A stretch of 64,000 bases of DNA from an uncultured delta proteobacterium (GCA_963727445.1 CAVSGI010000009.1:512001-576000); one strand, 5' to 3'. Numbered from the stretch's first letter, positions 39,690 to 51,238 are shown. Notes: generated from the letters alone by a model not told the origin. Numbers and translations: made by a program.

Positions 39690-40472
39690 ATGACCAGCCG
39701 CCTTCTCACGGGCCTCTTCGCCCTCCTTCTCGCCATGCCCTCGTTGGGGTGCGGCGGCGAGAGCGCCAACCGCAACCTCTCCTACGGCGACAGCGCCGAG
39801 GCCGAGTACCAGGCGGCGTACGAGGACTACGAGGACGGCGACTGCCTCGACGCCGAGCCGGCGTTTCGCAAGGTGCGTCGCGAGTATCCCTACTCTCGCT
39901 ACGCCGCGCTCTCGGAGCTTCGCATCGCCGACTGCCTGCTCCAGGAGGACAAGGCCCCCGAAGCGATCGCCGCCTATCGCCGCTTCGTCCGCAATCGTCC
40001 TTCACACGCCGAGGTCCCCTACGCGCGCTTCAAGATCTCGGAGGCGTACTTCAAGCAGATCCCCGACGAATGGCTCCTCAGCCCCCCCGCCTACGAACGC
40101 GATCAGGGCGCGACGCGCGAGGCGCTTCGCCAGCTGCGGCGCTTCATCCTCGACTTCCCCGATGATGAGCGGGTCGAAGAGGCGAACGACATGGTGCGGC
40201 AATGCCTGGAGCTCCTGGCGCGCCACGAGCTCTACGTCGCCGACTTCTATCTGGAGCGCGGCCATCCCGAAGCGGCAGTCCTGCGCCTCGAGACGCTGGT
40301 CAACTCCTACGAGGGCAGCGGCATCGAGCCCGAGGCGATGCTCCTGCTGGGCCGCGTGCACCTGAACATGCAGAACCAGGACAAGGCGCGGGAGACCTTC
40401 GAGGAGCTCATCGATCGCTTCCCCGATTCCGGCCACGCCCAGCAGGCCCGGGCCTACCTGAGGGAGCTTTGA
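39690..40472 (+). CDS. bamD: Outer membrane protein assembly factor BamD
   Basis: Lipobox SLGC; YPYSRYA, HAEVPYA, RDQ..REAL..F...FP, LARHELYVADFY. Confidence 0.92.
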   Translation: MTSRLLTGLFALLLAMPSLGCGGESANRNLSYGDSAEAEYQAAYEDYEDGDCLDAEPAFRKVRREYPYSRYAALSELRIADCLLQEDKAPEAIAAYRRFVRNRPSHAEVPYARFKISEAYFKQIPDEWLLSPPAYERDQGATREALRQLRRFILDFPDDERVEEANDMVRQCLELLARHELYVADFYLERGHPEAAVLRLETLVNSYEGSGIEPEAMLLLGRVHLNMQNQDKARETFEELIDRFPDSGHAQQARAYLREL

Positions 40473-40562
40473 GGTCCGCGCTTTCGTTGGATCAATCCCG
40501 ATCCGCGAGTTAGGATTGCGGCCATTCATTCGCGGGGTGGCCAGCCACCCCGCTCACGCCTC

Positions 40563-41333
40563 ATGGACGATCGGACCAAGCAGATACTCTCCCTCGGGCG
40601 AGAGCACTACGAGAAGCGGGAATTCGACAAGGCGGAGCACTACCTCCGGCAGATCGTCGAACGAACCCTTCGCTACGCCGACGTCTTCAACATGCTGGGC
40701 GTCATCGCCCATGATCGCGGACGTTTCGAGGAGGCCCAGAGCTTCTTCGAGGAGTCGCTCTCGATCAATCCCAACTACACCGAGGCGGCGCTGAACCTCG
40801 CGGTCACCTACAACGATCTCGGTCGCTACGACGAGGCCAAGCGCATCTATCAGGCTGCGCTGAGCCGAGGCGAGGAGTCGGAGAACTCTCTCGACCCCTT
40901 CGTGAAGGGCAAGATCGCCAACCTCCACGCGGAGGTGGCCAAGGCCTATCAGGACGCGGGCCTGATTCGCGAGGCGATGCAGGAGCTCCACAAGGCGGTG
41001 CTCCTCTGCCCTCACTTCGCCGACCTTCGACTTCGTCTCGCGAATCTCTATCGTCAGAAGGGGGACATGGACGCGGCGCGCTTCGAGCTCGAAGAAGCGG
41101 TGAAGTCGCGCCCCGCCTACGTGCCCGCGCGCATCGCGCTCGGCGTGGTGCTCCTGGCGAAGGGCGACAAGGATGGCGCGCAGGTCCAGTGGGACGCGGC
41201 TCTCGAGCACGATCCCGAGAACAAGACCGCGCAGATGTATCTGAGGATGGCGAAGAATCCGCAGCCGTCGGAGCCGCCCCCGCCGGTAGACCCGGCGTCG
41301 GAAGACCTCAGCTCCTTGGACGAAGACGACTGA
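40563..41333 (+). CDS. Cytoplasmic TPR protein
   Basis: YADVFNMLGVI, INPNYTEAALNLAVTYNDLG TPR motifs. Confidence 0.88.
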   Translation: MDDRTKQILSLGREHYEKREFDKAEHYLRQIVERTLRYADVFNMLGVIAHDRGRFEEAQSFFEESLSINPNYTEAALNLAVTYNDLGRYDEAKRIYQAALSRGEESENSLDPFVKGKIANLHAEVAKAYQDAGLIREAMQELHKAVLLCPHFADLRLRLANLYRQKGDMDAARFELEEAVKSRPAYVPARIALGVVLLAKGDKDGAQVQWDAALEHDPENKTAQMYLRMAKNPQPSEPPPPVDPASEDLSSLDEDD

Positions 41334-41337
41334 GAAG

Positions 41338-41637
41338 ATGACGAGAGTTCGATTCGAACCGTCCGGCTACGAGCTGGACGTTCCCGCCGGCCGTCGCCTG
41401 GTCGACGTCACCGACGAGCACCCCCGCGCCGACGTGCCCTACAGCTGCCGCTCGGCGAGCTGCGGCACTTGCCGGGTCGAGGTGATCGAGGGCATGGAGG
41501 GGCTGTCGCAGCCCGACGACGACGAGCTCGACGTCCTCGACATCTTCGGCAACGAGGAAAACGTGCGCCTGTGCTGCCAGATCAGCCTGGAAAACGAGGT
41601 CCCGCGGCTGGTGCTGCGGGTCGTCGATCCGGACTGA
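41338..41637 (+). CDS. 2Fe-2S ferredoxin
   Basis: CRSASCGTC..RLCCQ. Confidence 0.92.
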   Translation: MTRVRFEPSGYELDVPAGRRLVDVTDEHPRADVPYSCRSASCGTCRVEVIEGMEGLSQPDDDELDVLDIFGNEENVRLCCQISLENEVPRLVLRVVDPD

Positions 41638-41733
41638 GCGGCGCGCCGAGCGCCCAGGCGCCGAGCGCCGCTCGAGGCCCGCTCAGCTGCACGCATGAGC
41701 AGCGCGGGTACGCGAGTGGCGGCCCCCCCCTGT

Positions 41734-41748
41734 GGGATGTAACATCCC
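41734..41748. promoter_or_regulatory. Perfect 7-1-7 palindrome GGGATGT-A-ACATCCC, candidate operator
   Basis: Lies 75 nt upstream of ATG 41824. Confidence 0.4.
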
Positions 41749-41823
41749 GGCCCGTTTTCCGTCCTCCGGGCTGGGACGCGTCCGTCCCCGTCCGCCCGAA
41801 CAACAAACCTTTCGGAAGGTTCG

Positions 41824-44800
41824 ATGAACCCCACGTCCGACATTCTCCGCGGCGAGCTCGAAAGGCTCTTCGAGCTCGACGACATGATGCGTCTCAGCAC
41901 CGACCTCCTCGGCTTCGATCCCGAGTCGGTCGGCAGCACGACCGGCAAGGGCGCCTTCGCGCGCGCGCTGGTCGATCACTGCGCAGGAGAGGACGCGCTC
42001 GAGGCCCTCGCCGACGCGATCATGATCTCGAAGGGCAGAGGTGCGTCGGACGGGATCTCGAAGGTGCTCGAGGGCGTCGACGGACCCGAGCTGTCACCGG
42101 GTACGGAGGTCGGCGGCTACCGCATCATGAAGAAGCTCGGCGCCGGAGCCATCGGCGTCGTCTACCTCGCCGACCGCAAGGGCGACGGAGACAACGGGGA
42201 GTCCCACGGACCGCGACGCGTCGCGATCAAGGTCATCAAGCGTACGCACACGCGTGACCGTGCGGCGGTCAGTCGCTACCTCACGGCGATGCGCGCGATG
42301 AAGAACATGCGCATCCCCGGCGTGGCGCAGGTCGCTGGTGTCGGCACCCTCGCCGATGGGCGTCCCTGGGTTGCGACCGAGTACGTCGAAGGGCAGAACC
42401 TCGCGGCCCGCATCTCCCGCATCGGCGCGATGCATTTCAACGAGGCGCGCGGCATCATCGTCAGCGTCCTGACTGCGCTTCGTGACCTTCATCAGAAGGG
42501 CATCGTTCACTCCGACGTGAAGAGCGAGAACGTCTTCCTCGTGCGTCCCGAGGGGCGGGACGGCTCGCGCGGCGAGCCGACCGGCGTCCTTGTCGACGGC
42601 GCCGTCGATCGGCTGATCGGGCGTGGAGCCGGGCTCCTCTCGGTCTCGGGAACGGCCAAGGCCCTGGACCCGCAGCTCGCGCGCGGCGAGAGCCCGAGCC
42701 CGCAGAGCGATCTCTACGCCGTGGGCGTGCTCCTCTACGAATTGGTGGCGGGCCGTCCGCCCTTCGAGGGCAAGAGCAGCATCGACGTGGTGGCAGCGCA
42801 CCTGACTCAGGAGCCCGAGCCGCCCTCGACCTACGCGCCCAAGGGCTGGGTGCTCGGGGCCCTCGACGAGGTCGCGCTCAAGGCGCTCGAAAAGGATCCG
42901 AAGGACCGCTTCCGCGACGCCGCCGAGTTCCTCGCTGCGGTCGAGACGGTCGCGAAGGCCAGCCGCGTGCCCCAGAAGAAGGCGGACCTCGACGAGGACG
43001 CGTTCTCGGCTGCGAAGGACAAGCTCCTCGCCGACCCGGCTGACGAGGATCTGGCCGTGAAGCTCGAGCGCGTCGCCGAGCCGGCGCACGCCTGGGAGAA
43101 GACGGCCGAGGCGCTCGCCGAGGCCGCGGAGAAGGCGGAGGACGCCGAGGTGAAGAAGGCGCTCTTCTTCCGCATCGCGCGCATTCAGGAGAACGAGCTC
43201 GAGGATCGCGAAGAGGCCGAGGAGGCCTACCGCTCGATCCTCGAGATCGACGACGAGGACGAGATCGCCTTCATCGGCATCGAGGAGCTCAAGCGCGCCG
43301 GACACGACGCAGAGGGGCTGGTCGAGGTGCTGCTCGAGAAGGCCGAGCGCGAAGAGGAGGCGAGCGCGCGTGCAGACGTGCTGCGCGAGATCGCGGGCCT
43401 CTACGAGGATCAGCTCGAGTCGGCCGACAACGCCTTCGTCGCCTAGGTGCAGGCGCTGGCGGACGATCCGCGCGACGAGCGCACCCAGCGCGAGGTGGCG
43501 CGCCTCGCCGGCAGCAGCGCCGAGAAGTGGAACGAGGCGATCAGCATCCTGAGCGAAAGCGCGCAGGACCCGGACGAGGACACCGACACGCCCGGGCTCT
43601 ACGTTCTGCTCGGCCGCTTCTACGGCGAGCAGGTGGCGCGGCCCGACTTCGCCATCCAGTGCTTCTCCAAGGCGCTCGAGCTCGACCCGAACAGCGATGA
43701 GGCCTACGACGGCACCGCGGCGCTCTACAAGCGCAGCCAGTCGTGGCAGGAGCTGGTCACGCTGCTCACCACCCGCGCCGACAAGGAGAAGAACCCAGCG
43801 CGCGCGCGTGATTTCCGCGCCGAGGCGGACGCGTCGTCTTCAAGAACATGGGCGACACCAAGGCGTCGGCTGCCGCGCTCTCGCAGATCCTGGAAGAGGA
43901 TCCCGCGCACCCCCTCGCCGCCGATCTGCTCGAAGAGATCTACGCCGAACAGAAGAACTGGAAGGACCTCGCGAAGCTCCTCGACACCCGCTCGCACAAC
44001 GAGAAGGGCGAGGCGAAGGTCGCGACCCTGGTGCGCATCGGTGAGCTCTTCGAGGATCGCCTCGACGACATCGAGAAGGCGCAGGTTCATTACGAGGCCG
44101 CCCTCGAGCACGATCCGAACGACCTCGAAGCCCTCAAGGGACTCGAGCGCATCTACGCGCGGACCGAGAAGTACAAGAAGCTCCTCGACGTGCTCGAGAA
44201 GCAGGTCGAGCACGTGGCGACGCCGCGGCAGCGCATCGCGCTCCTCGAGCGGATGGGCGGCATCCTGGAAGAGGAGTTCGTCGATCACGACCGCGCCATC
44301 GCGGCCTACGAGGCGGTGGTCGAGATCGAGCCGGGGCACGAGGGCGCGAACACCGCCCTGGCGCGCCTGTACCGTCAGGTGCAGCGCTTCGACGACCTGG
44401 CGATGACGCTGGATCGCCACGCCAAGTCCAGCACCGACGACGAGCGCAAGGTGCAGCTCCTGATCACCGCGGTGAAGGTCCTGATGCAGGACGTGGGTGC
44501 GCCCGAGCGCGCCCTCGGCATGGCCGAGCGCATCCTGGCGGTCGACCCGGAGCACAACGAGGCCTCGACCTGATGGCGCGCCTGCAGGCGCAGACCGGCG
44601 ACGCCGCCGCGGCCATCGACGCCACCGACCGTCTCGCCGAAGCCGAGAAGGACGGAGAGAAGAAGTGCGAGCTGTGGATCCGCGCGGGGCGCATGCTCGA
44701 GGACAAGGGCGACAACGACGGCGCCATCACCCGCTACAAGCGCGCTCTCGACGCACACCCCAAGTCGCCCGACGCCGCGGCGGCGCTGCGGAACCTCTAC

Positions 44801-47152
44801 ACGGGACGCGGCGACGCGCACGGCGCGGTCGAGCTGCTCGCGCGCGAGCTCGAAGTCACCGACGGCTCGGTCGCCAAGTCCAAGCTCTACGCGGAGATGG
44901 GCAACCTCTACGTCGAACGCATCGAAGACGACAAGAAGGCCCGCGAGGCCTACGAGAAGGCGCTCGAGCTCGACCCGACGTGTACGCCCGCGGCCTACGG
45001 TCTCGCCAAGATGGCCCATGCCGCGAAGAACTGGGCGGACGCCGCGAAGTACGCCGAGCCACTCCTCACGCGTGCTTCGGAGATGGAGCCAGCGGCGGCG
45101 CGCGAGCTCTGCGTCATGTGCGGCGACGCGCTCAGCGAGCTCGGGCAGTACGACAACGCGCAGCGGGCGTATCTGAACGCCAAGGCCTTCGCGCCGGACG
45201 ATCGAGAGGTCATGGAGCGTGTGGCCGACGTCACCTTCCGCGCGGGCGCCGCCGACGAGGCCGCCGAGCTCTACCGCGAGCTGAACAAGCGCTTCGGGCG
45301 CGAGCTCTCGGGCGGCGAGCGCGGCTTCATCCTGTACCGCCTCGGCGAGTCGTCGCGTCGCGCCGGCAACGGCAAGGAAGCGATCCTGGTGCTCAAGGAG
45401 GCGGCGGACCTCATGCCGGAGTCGCCGGATCCGCTCGACTCGTTGGCCAAGGTCTACGAGGACCAGGGCAACTGGGACAACGTCGTGCGCACGCACCGCC
45501 AGCGGATGGAGAACGCGGCGGACGACGAGCGCTTCGGCCTCTTGGTGAAGGTGGGCGACATCCTCCTCGAGAAGATGGGCGACCGCGCCAAGGCGTCGAA
45601 GAGCTACACCGCCGCGCTCGAGATCCACGCCGACGATCGCAACCTGCTCACCAAGCTCATGGGGCTCTACTCCGAGAGCAAGGATTGGTCGCGGCTGGTC
45701 GAGGTCATCCTGCGCATCTCGGAGCTGATCGACGACCCGAAGCAGCTGTCGAAGTACTACAACACCGCGGCCGCGATCTGCCATCAGGAGCTCGGGCGAC
45801 TGGACGAGGCCGCCGACTACTACGAGCAGGCGCTCGAGAACGACCCGTCCCTCGACAAGGCCTTCGAAGGGCTGGTGGACTGCTACGGCAAGAAGCTCGA
45901 GTGGACCGGTCTGGCCGACGCCTACAAGAAGCAGATCGAGCGTCGCGCCGCCGACGCGCCGGAGAAGCGCGCCGCGCTCTACGACGCGCTGGCCGAGGTT
46001 CTGCAGCACCGCCTCTCGGAGCCTTCCGAGGCCGTCGAGGCCTACGAGAAGGCGCAGGAGCTCGACCCGGACAACCGCGCCCGCGCCGAGAAGCTCGCGA
46101 GCATCTACGAGTCGGATCCGAAGCGGTATTTCTCGCGCGCCGTCCGCGCGCACTCGGTGATCCTCGCCAAGAGCCCGTATCGCGTGGAGAGCTATCAGGC
46201 GCTCAGAAAGCTCTACACCGACATGAAGAAGCCGGACGAGAGCTGGCTGGTCTGTCAGACGCTCACCGCGCTCAGCATGGCCGAGCCGGACGAGGCCGCA
46301 TTCTTCAAGAAGCATCGCCAGCGTTCGCCCGCGAACGCGCAGGAGTTCCTGAACGAGGAGATGTGGTTCAACAACCTCGTCCACGGCACCCAGGACCCTC
46401 TGCTCACGGGTATCTTCGCCGTCATCACCCCCGCGGTGATCAAGGCGCGGCAGCAGCCGCTCTCCGCCTTCAAGGTGGACGGTGGCGCGCGCGACCCCGA
46501 AAAGGACGACGCCGCCATGGCGCAGACGCTCCAGTGGGCGTCGACCGTGTCTCAGATCGCGCTACCGGAGCTCTACTATCGGCCGAGCGATCCCGGCGGG
46601 CTCAGCTTCCTCTTCACCGACCCGCCGGCGATCGGCCTCGGCAAGGGCGCCCTCGCCGGCGGTCCGAGTCAGGCGCTGGCCTTCGTCGCCGGTCGCCACC
46701 TCGCCTATTTCCGTCCCGGCTTCTACCTCCGACATCTGGTGCCCACGGGCAGCGGCCTGAGGGCCTGGCTCCTCGCCTCGATCCAGATGGTGCAGCCGCA
46801 GTTCCCGGTGCCGGCCAACCTGGGCGGGCCCACCAAGGAGGCGCTCGGCGCTCTCAAGGAACACCTCACCGGTCAGAAGAAGGACGAGCTCACCAGCCTG
46901 GTGAACAAGCTCCTCGCCGCCTCGCCCAGCCTCGACATGAAGAAGTGGGTCGCCGCGGTGGACATCACCGCCGACCGCCTCGGCTTCGTCCTGGCGAACA
47001 GCCTGGAGATCGCCCTCGCCATCGTGAAGGCCAGCCCCGAGGACTCCGCCGGCGTGAGCCAAAAGGACCGGCTCAAGGAGCTCTACCTCTACTCGATCAG
47101 CGAGGAGTACATGGGCCTGAGGCACAAGCTGGGCATCGCCATCGGCGATTAG
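41824..47152 (+). CDS. Giant (~1770 aa) protein: EAD-like N-terminus, degenerate Ser/Thr kinase domain and long TPR region; interrupted by TAG 43444-43446 and frameshifts near 43835 and 44570
   Basis: LGAGAIGVVY, VAIK, HSDVKSEN; contiguous TPR text across ORFs 41824.., 43447.., 43848.. and 44573..47152. Confidence 0.8.
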
Positions 47153-47283
47153 AGCCCGGGCCATCGGCGACTGACGCCCGGGCCATCCGCGATTGACAGT
47201 TGCGGACCCGGGGCCGCGTGCACACAAGTGGATCTTTCCAGGGGAGAATCCTCCCCGCTTCGCCGTAAGCCGAAACACTCGCA

Positions 47284-48276
47284 TTGCCGTCTACACCGAC
47301 CCCTCAATCCATCCGCAATCGCTGCACGCTGTATCGCCCGATCGACCGGGTCGCTGCACCGAGACCGAGATTGCGGGGGGCGCTCGAAGGGGTGGTGGCC
47401 GAGGTCGGCCCGGACGCAGCCGCCTCCGACGTTCAGGGGTTCACGCTGGTCGCCATCGGCCAGGGGTCGTGGCTGCGGCGCTTCCTGCCGGCGATCCGCG
47501 ACGCGCACATGGTGGTGGGACGGCACACGGAGTGCGAGCTCTCGCTCCAGGGAGACCCGACGGTCTCGCTGAGGCATCTGCTCCTGCGCGCCATTCGGCT
47601 CGAGGACGGCACGCCGGCGATGCGGGTGCTCGATCTGGAGACGCCGCTCGGATTCGGGATCGAAGATGGGACGCCGGTGCGATCCGTCGTCGTCACCGGG
47701 CCCTTCGCGATCGCGGTGGGCGATTGGGTGCTGGCCGGGGTTCCTCACGGCCCCCGTCCCCCAGCGGTGGAGGGAGGCGATGGGCCCTATCGGGTCCCGG
47801 CGCCGGAGCTGCACATGTCGCACGAGGTACCGCGTCGCGTCGCGGGCGACGTTCGCCGCTCGCACATCACGCTCCTGCCGGCGGCGTCGTCGCTGGTGGG
47901 AGCGCCGCGCCAGTGGGCGGTGCAGATGTTGACCCTTCGCCGAGGGCATCGCGAAGCGCAGGTCGGCATCACCCACGAGGCGCTCGAGCGCGGCATCCTC
48001 ATCGGGCGCTACGAGCGGTGCGTGACGGGGGGGCTTCGCGAGCTGCTCAGTCAGTCCATCTCGCGCGCGCACGCGCTGATCCTGCGCACCGAAGGCGAGG
48101 ATTGCATCTACGACCTCGCCTCCACGCAGGGGCTCTACATGGTCACCGATGGGCTCTTCGCCGGGTCGAACGGCGGCCGCATCAAGGGCGCCACTCTGCC
48201 GCGGCGCGGTGCGCGGATCCGCCTCGGGGTCGAGGACCCCGTGGAGCTCGTCTGGCCCGCCCAGCTCGACGCCTGA
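47284..48276 (+). CDS. FHA-domain-like protein
   Basis: VVGRHTEC..VSLRH and LIGRYERC..ISRAH..DLASTQG (two FHA-like motif sets); start uncertain. Confidence 0.7.
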   Translation: MPSTPTPQSIRNRCTLYRPIDRVAAPRPRLRGALEGVVAEVGPDAAASDVQGFTLVAIGQGSWLRRFLPAIRDAHMVVGRHTECELSLQGDPTVSLRHLLLRAIRLEDGTPAMRVLDLETPLGFGIEDGTPVRSVVVTGPFAIAVGDWVLAGVPHGPRPPAVEGGDGPYRVPAPELHMSHEVPRRVAGDVRRSHITLLPAASSLVGAPRQWAVQMLTLRRGHREAQVGITHEALERGILIGRYERCVTGGLRELLSQSISRAHALILRTEGEDCIYDLASTQGLYMVTDGLFAGSNGGRIKGATLPRRGARIRLGVEDPVELVWPAQLDA

Positions 48277-48329
48277 GCCTTTGAAGATCGCTGGCGCCAC
48301 TGCGTCCGACGCCCGCGAGGTATGTTGGG

Positions 48330-49631
48330 ATGATGGATGGACGCGCGCGGCTGGTGTGCTTGGTCGCTTCGGTTTTGGTCGGCTGCGGTGGTGATCCAAT
48401 GCGCAGGCCCGCTGGGGACGGCGCGGTGGACGCCGCTGGCGACAGCGGTGTAGGCGACGGAGAGGCGGGCGACGGGAGCGCGGATGGCGCGACGCCGGAT
48501 GCGGACGCGGCAGCAAGCGACGCCGAGTCGGCCGATGCGGGCGATGGGAGCATCGCCGACGCGGGGAGCGCCGACGGCATGGCCGCCGACACCGGGATGC
48601 CCCTCGACACGAGCCCAACGCGCTTCACGCTCCCATTCACCCCATACGACTTCGACGTCGACTCGAGCGGTCGCTTCGCCGTGGCGGGACGACAGCGTAT
48701 CGGTACCACGACCAACGTCGGCCTCACCTGCGGCGAGCCGCTTCGCACCGTGACCCTCGGCACCGAGAATCCCACCGGGGCGATGGTGCGGCGGAGCCGG
48801 ACCAGCGGGCGGACCTACATCGCGATCGAGGTCTTCGGAGCGGCGAGCCTTCGCGCATGGGTGATGGAGTCGACGAACGGGGACTGCGATCGGCCCCTGC
48901 TTCCGGCTCACACCTTCGATGCCGCGTGGGTGAGTGGGTCGTTTCAGGCGGAGGTCGTGCACGACCTGGACGTGACGGACGCGGGGTTGGCCTGGGTCCT
49001 CACCAGCTACGGGGACGAGGTGCGGCTCACGCGATTCGATGGCGTCGCGCGCGGTGAGTCGCGCGGCGTCAGCTGCTTTCCGTCCTTCGGGCCGGATGCG
49101 GTTCGGATGGCGCTCGACCCGGCGACGGGCGCGGGGGCGGTGGCGTGCGCCTCGTCGCTCAGCGGGATCGAGATCCGCCGCTTCGACGCGAGCGGCTGGA
49201 TGGGCACGGGGTTCGTCGCGCTCGCGGGCACCGACAGCATCTTTCCGCAGACACTCGAGATGTCGATCGACGATGCGGGCGTCGTCGCTCTTTCATGGCG
49301 TGGTTGGGGTATGCCTGTCACGACGGAGAGTCGGCACGTGACCACCATCGACGCGGCCGGTGCGGTGAACGACCTCGATCTCGGGGCGTCAGCGAGCGTC
49401 GGCGCGGCCGGGTACGAGGACTTCGTTCGCGATCGGCGCCTGCCCGCGGATTTCGTCCTGGTGGAGAGGGCGGCGCGGACGCTCAGTCGCTATTCGGCCG
49501 TGCCAGCGTTGGCCGGCAGCGGCACCGCGCCGCTCTACGTCTACTCGTCGCCGGTGCGGGCGGATGGGTACGGACGGGCTTACGCGTTCGACAGCATCGA
49601 GCTCACACGCTCCGACTTCACGCTGCCGTGA
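48330..49631 (+). CDS. Putative lipoprotein
   Basis: LVASVLVGC lipobox, DAG-rich linker, beta-rich domain. Confidence 0.7.
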   Translation: MMDGRARLVCLVASVLVGCGGDPMRRPAGDGAVDAAGDSGVGDGEAGDGSADGATPDADAAASDAESADAGDGSIADAGSADGMAADTGMPLDTSPTRFTLPFTPYDFDVDSSGRFAVAGRQRIGTTTNVGLTCGEPLRTVTLGTENPTGAMVRRSRTSGRTYIAIEVFGAASLRAWVMESTNGDCDRPLLPAHTFDAAWVSGSFQAEVVHDLDVTDAGLAWVLTSYGDEVRLTRFDGVARGESRGVSCFPSFGPDAVRMALDPATGAGAVACASSLSGIEIRRFDASGWMGTGFVALAGTDSIFPQTLEMSIDDAGVVALSWRGWGMPVTTESRHVTTIDAAGAVNDLDLGASASVGAAGYEDFVRDRRLPADFVLVERAARTLSRYSAVPALAGSGTAPLYVYSSPVRADGYGRAYAFDSIELTRSDFTLP

Positions 49632-51156
49632 GCGAGAGCTTCCAGCGCTTGCGCTTCGGGTCTCGGCCGACGACGCGAACCGTCACCGCGTCCCCGAGGC
49701 GCAGGAAGATCTTGCCGTCGGCTTCGCGGAGCGTGACCTGATCGCGGCCGATGGAGAGCTGCTGGTGCGCGGCTTCGCTCACGTGGGAGACGTAGGCCTT
49801 CACGTCGAGGGGTGGGTCGTCGATGAGGACGTACACCTTGCCGTGCGCGAGGCCGACCACGGTGCCCTCGCCCGAGAAGCCGTGCTCGAAGACGTCGTCG
49901 AGGACGAGCTCGTTCGCGCGCTCGTTGAGGGTGCGCTGTAGATCGCGAGAGCGGTTGGCGGAGCGGACGACCTCCTCCTGGACCGCGACGTTTTCTTTTT
50001 CGGGCTCGGGCGTGACGCCACCCAGCGCCTCCCAGAGCTCCTTGTGCAGATAGATGCCGACGATCTCGCGCATGGGCGCGCTGAAGCGCGCGTAGACATC
50101 GGCGCCGACGCCGTAGTGGATGCCGGGCTCGCTCCGATACGACGCGCGCCCGTTGACCATCACCGCCTGCCGGTGCACCGCGCGCGCGATACGCCCGAGG
50201 CGGCCTTCTTTCGGAAGGTCGTCGAGCCACTCCGCCATGGAGCTCGCGCGACGCGGATCCCACGCGTCTTTCGGGAGGCTCTGGACCTTTCGGAGCGCGG
50301 TGAGCAGACCCTTCAGGTCGGCCTCCTTGTCGCGCTCGGGTGGCGGATGGACGCGGAAGATGGGCTGCACCCGCGCGTCGCCGTGGTGCTTCTGCAGGAT
50401 GCGTGCGCCCTCGACGTTGCAGAGGAGCGAGAGCTGCTCGTTGTAGCGCTCGACCGGGTGCCGCACCGCTTCGCTGACGACGAAGCGCATCCCGTGGACG
50501 CCGACCTCGAGCTCGTGGCGGCGATAGCGCACCACGTCGCGCTCCCGTGCTTCGTGCATGCGCAACAGGCCGACGTCGCGGAGCGCCTCGAGGCTCGCAG
50601 GGACGCCCTCGGACAGCCCGGCAGCGTCGCCGTCGTCATAGAAGGATTGGACGCGATCGAAGGAGAGCTTGTGCCGGCTGTGGATTCGCGCGCGGACGAC
50701 GTCGGTCTCCACCACCTTGCCCCGGGCGTCGAGGCGGGTGCGGAAGACGGTGGAGCGGCGGTCGACCTCGGGGCCGAGGGAGACCAAGCCTTCGGAGAGC
50801 TCGCGGGGGAGCATGGGGACCATCGTCGTCGGCAGGTAATAGCTCGCGCCTCGGGCGAGGGCCTCGGCCCAGAGCGCCGAGCCCGGTCGCACGTAATAAG
50901 CCGCGTCGGCGAGGGCGTAGTGGACCAGATAGCCGTCGCCGTCGCGCTTCACCCAGGCCGCCTGATCGAGGTCCCTCGAGGATTGGTGGTCGATGGTCAC
51001 GAAGGGCAGTCCGGTCCAGTCCTCGAGCGTCGGGTCGTCGATGCCGGGGCGCTGTTGCCACTGCGCCGTCTCGTCGCGCACCGCGGGCGGGAACGTTTCC
51101 TCGATTCCCTCCTCGGCGAGCAGGGCCCGCATCTCGGATTCGGGGGTGGCGGCCAT
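49618..51156 (-). CDS. RNB-domain exoribonuclease (RNase II/R family)
   Basis: FVTIDHQSSRDLDQA, RGASYYLP, PMLP..LS, HYGVG..YARFSAPMR; C-terminal S1-like domain. Confidence 0.9.
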   Translation of the reverse strand: MAATPESEMRALLAEEGIEETFPPAVRDETAQWQQRPGIDDPTLEDWTGLPFVTIDHQSSRDLDQAAWVKRDGDGYLVHYALADAAYYVRPGSALWAEALARGASYYLPTTMVPMLPRELSEGLVSLGPEVDRRSTVFRTRLDARGKVVETDVVRARIHSRHKLSFDRVQSFYDDGDAAGLSEGVPASLEALRDVGLLRMHEARERDVVRYRRHELEVGVHGMRFVVSEAVRHPVERYNEQLSLLCNVEGARILQKHHGDARVQPIFRVHPPPERDKEADLKGLLTALRKVQSLPKDAWDPRRASSMAEWLDDLPKEGRLGRIARAVHRQAVMVNGRASYRSEPGIHYGVGADVYARFSAPMREIVGIYLHKELWEALGGVTPEPEKENVAVQEEVVRSANRSRDLQRTLNERANELVLDDVFEHGFSGEGTVVGLAHGKVYVLIDDPPLDVKAYVSHVSEAAHQQLSIGRDQVTLREADGKIFLRLGDAVTVRVVGRDPKRKRWKLSLTAA

Positions 51157-51238
51157 CGAGGCGCATTGTAGCGTCTCCGCCACGCTGGGCGGCGTTGGTC
51201 ATCGACAGGGCGCGCGGTCGGCGTTACGGTTTTACCGC

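Noticed and set aside
41636..41673. GC-rich inverted repeat GAGCGGCGC..GCGCCGCTC after the ferredoxin as a terminator or REP
   Set aside because: No U-tract and no second copy in the window; too weak to call.
50955..51000. RNB active site DLDQA instead of DxDDA as a sign of inactivation
   Set aside because: The essential catalytic Asp is retained and DLDQA is a common natural variant of this family.
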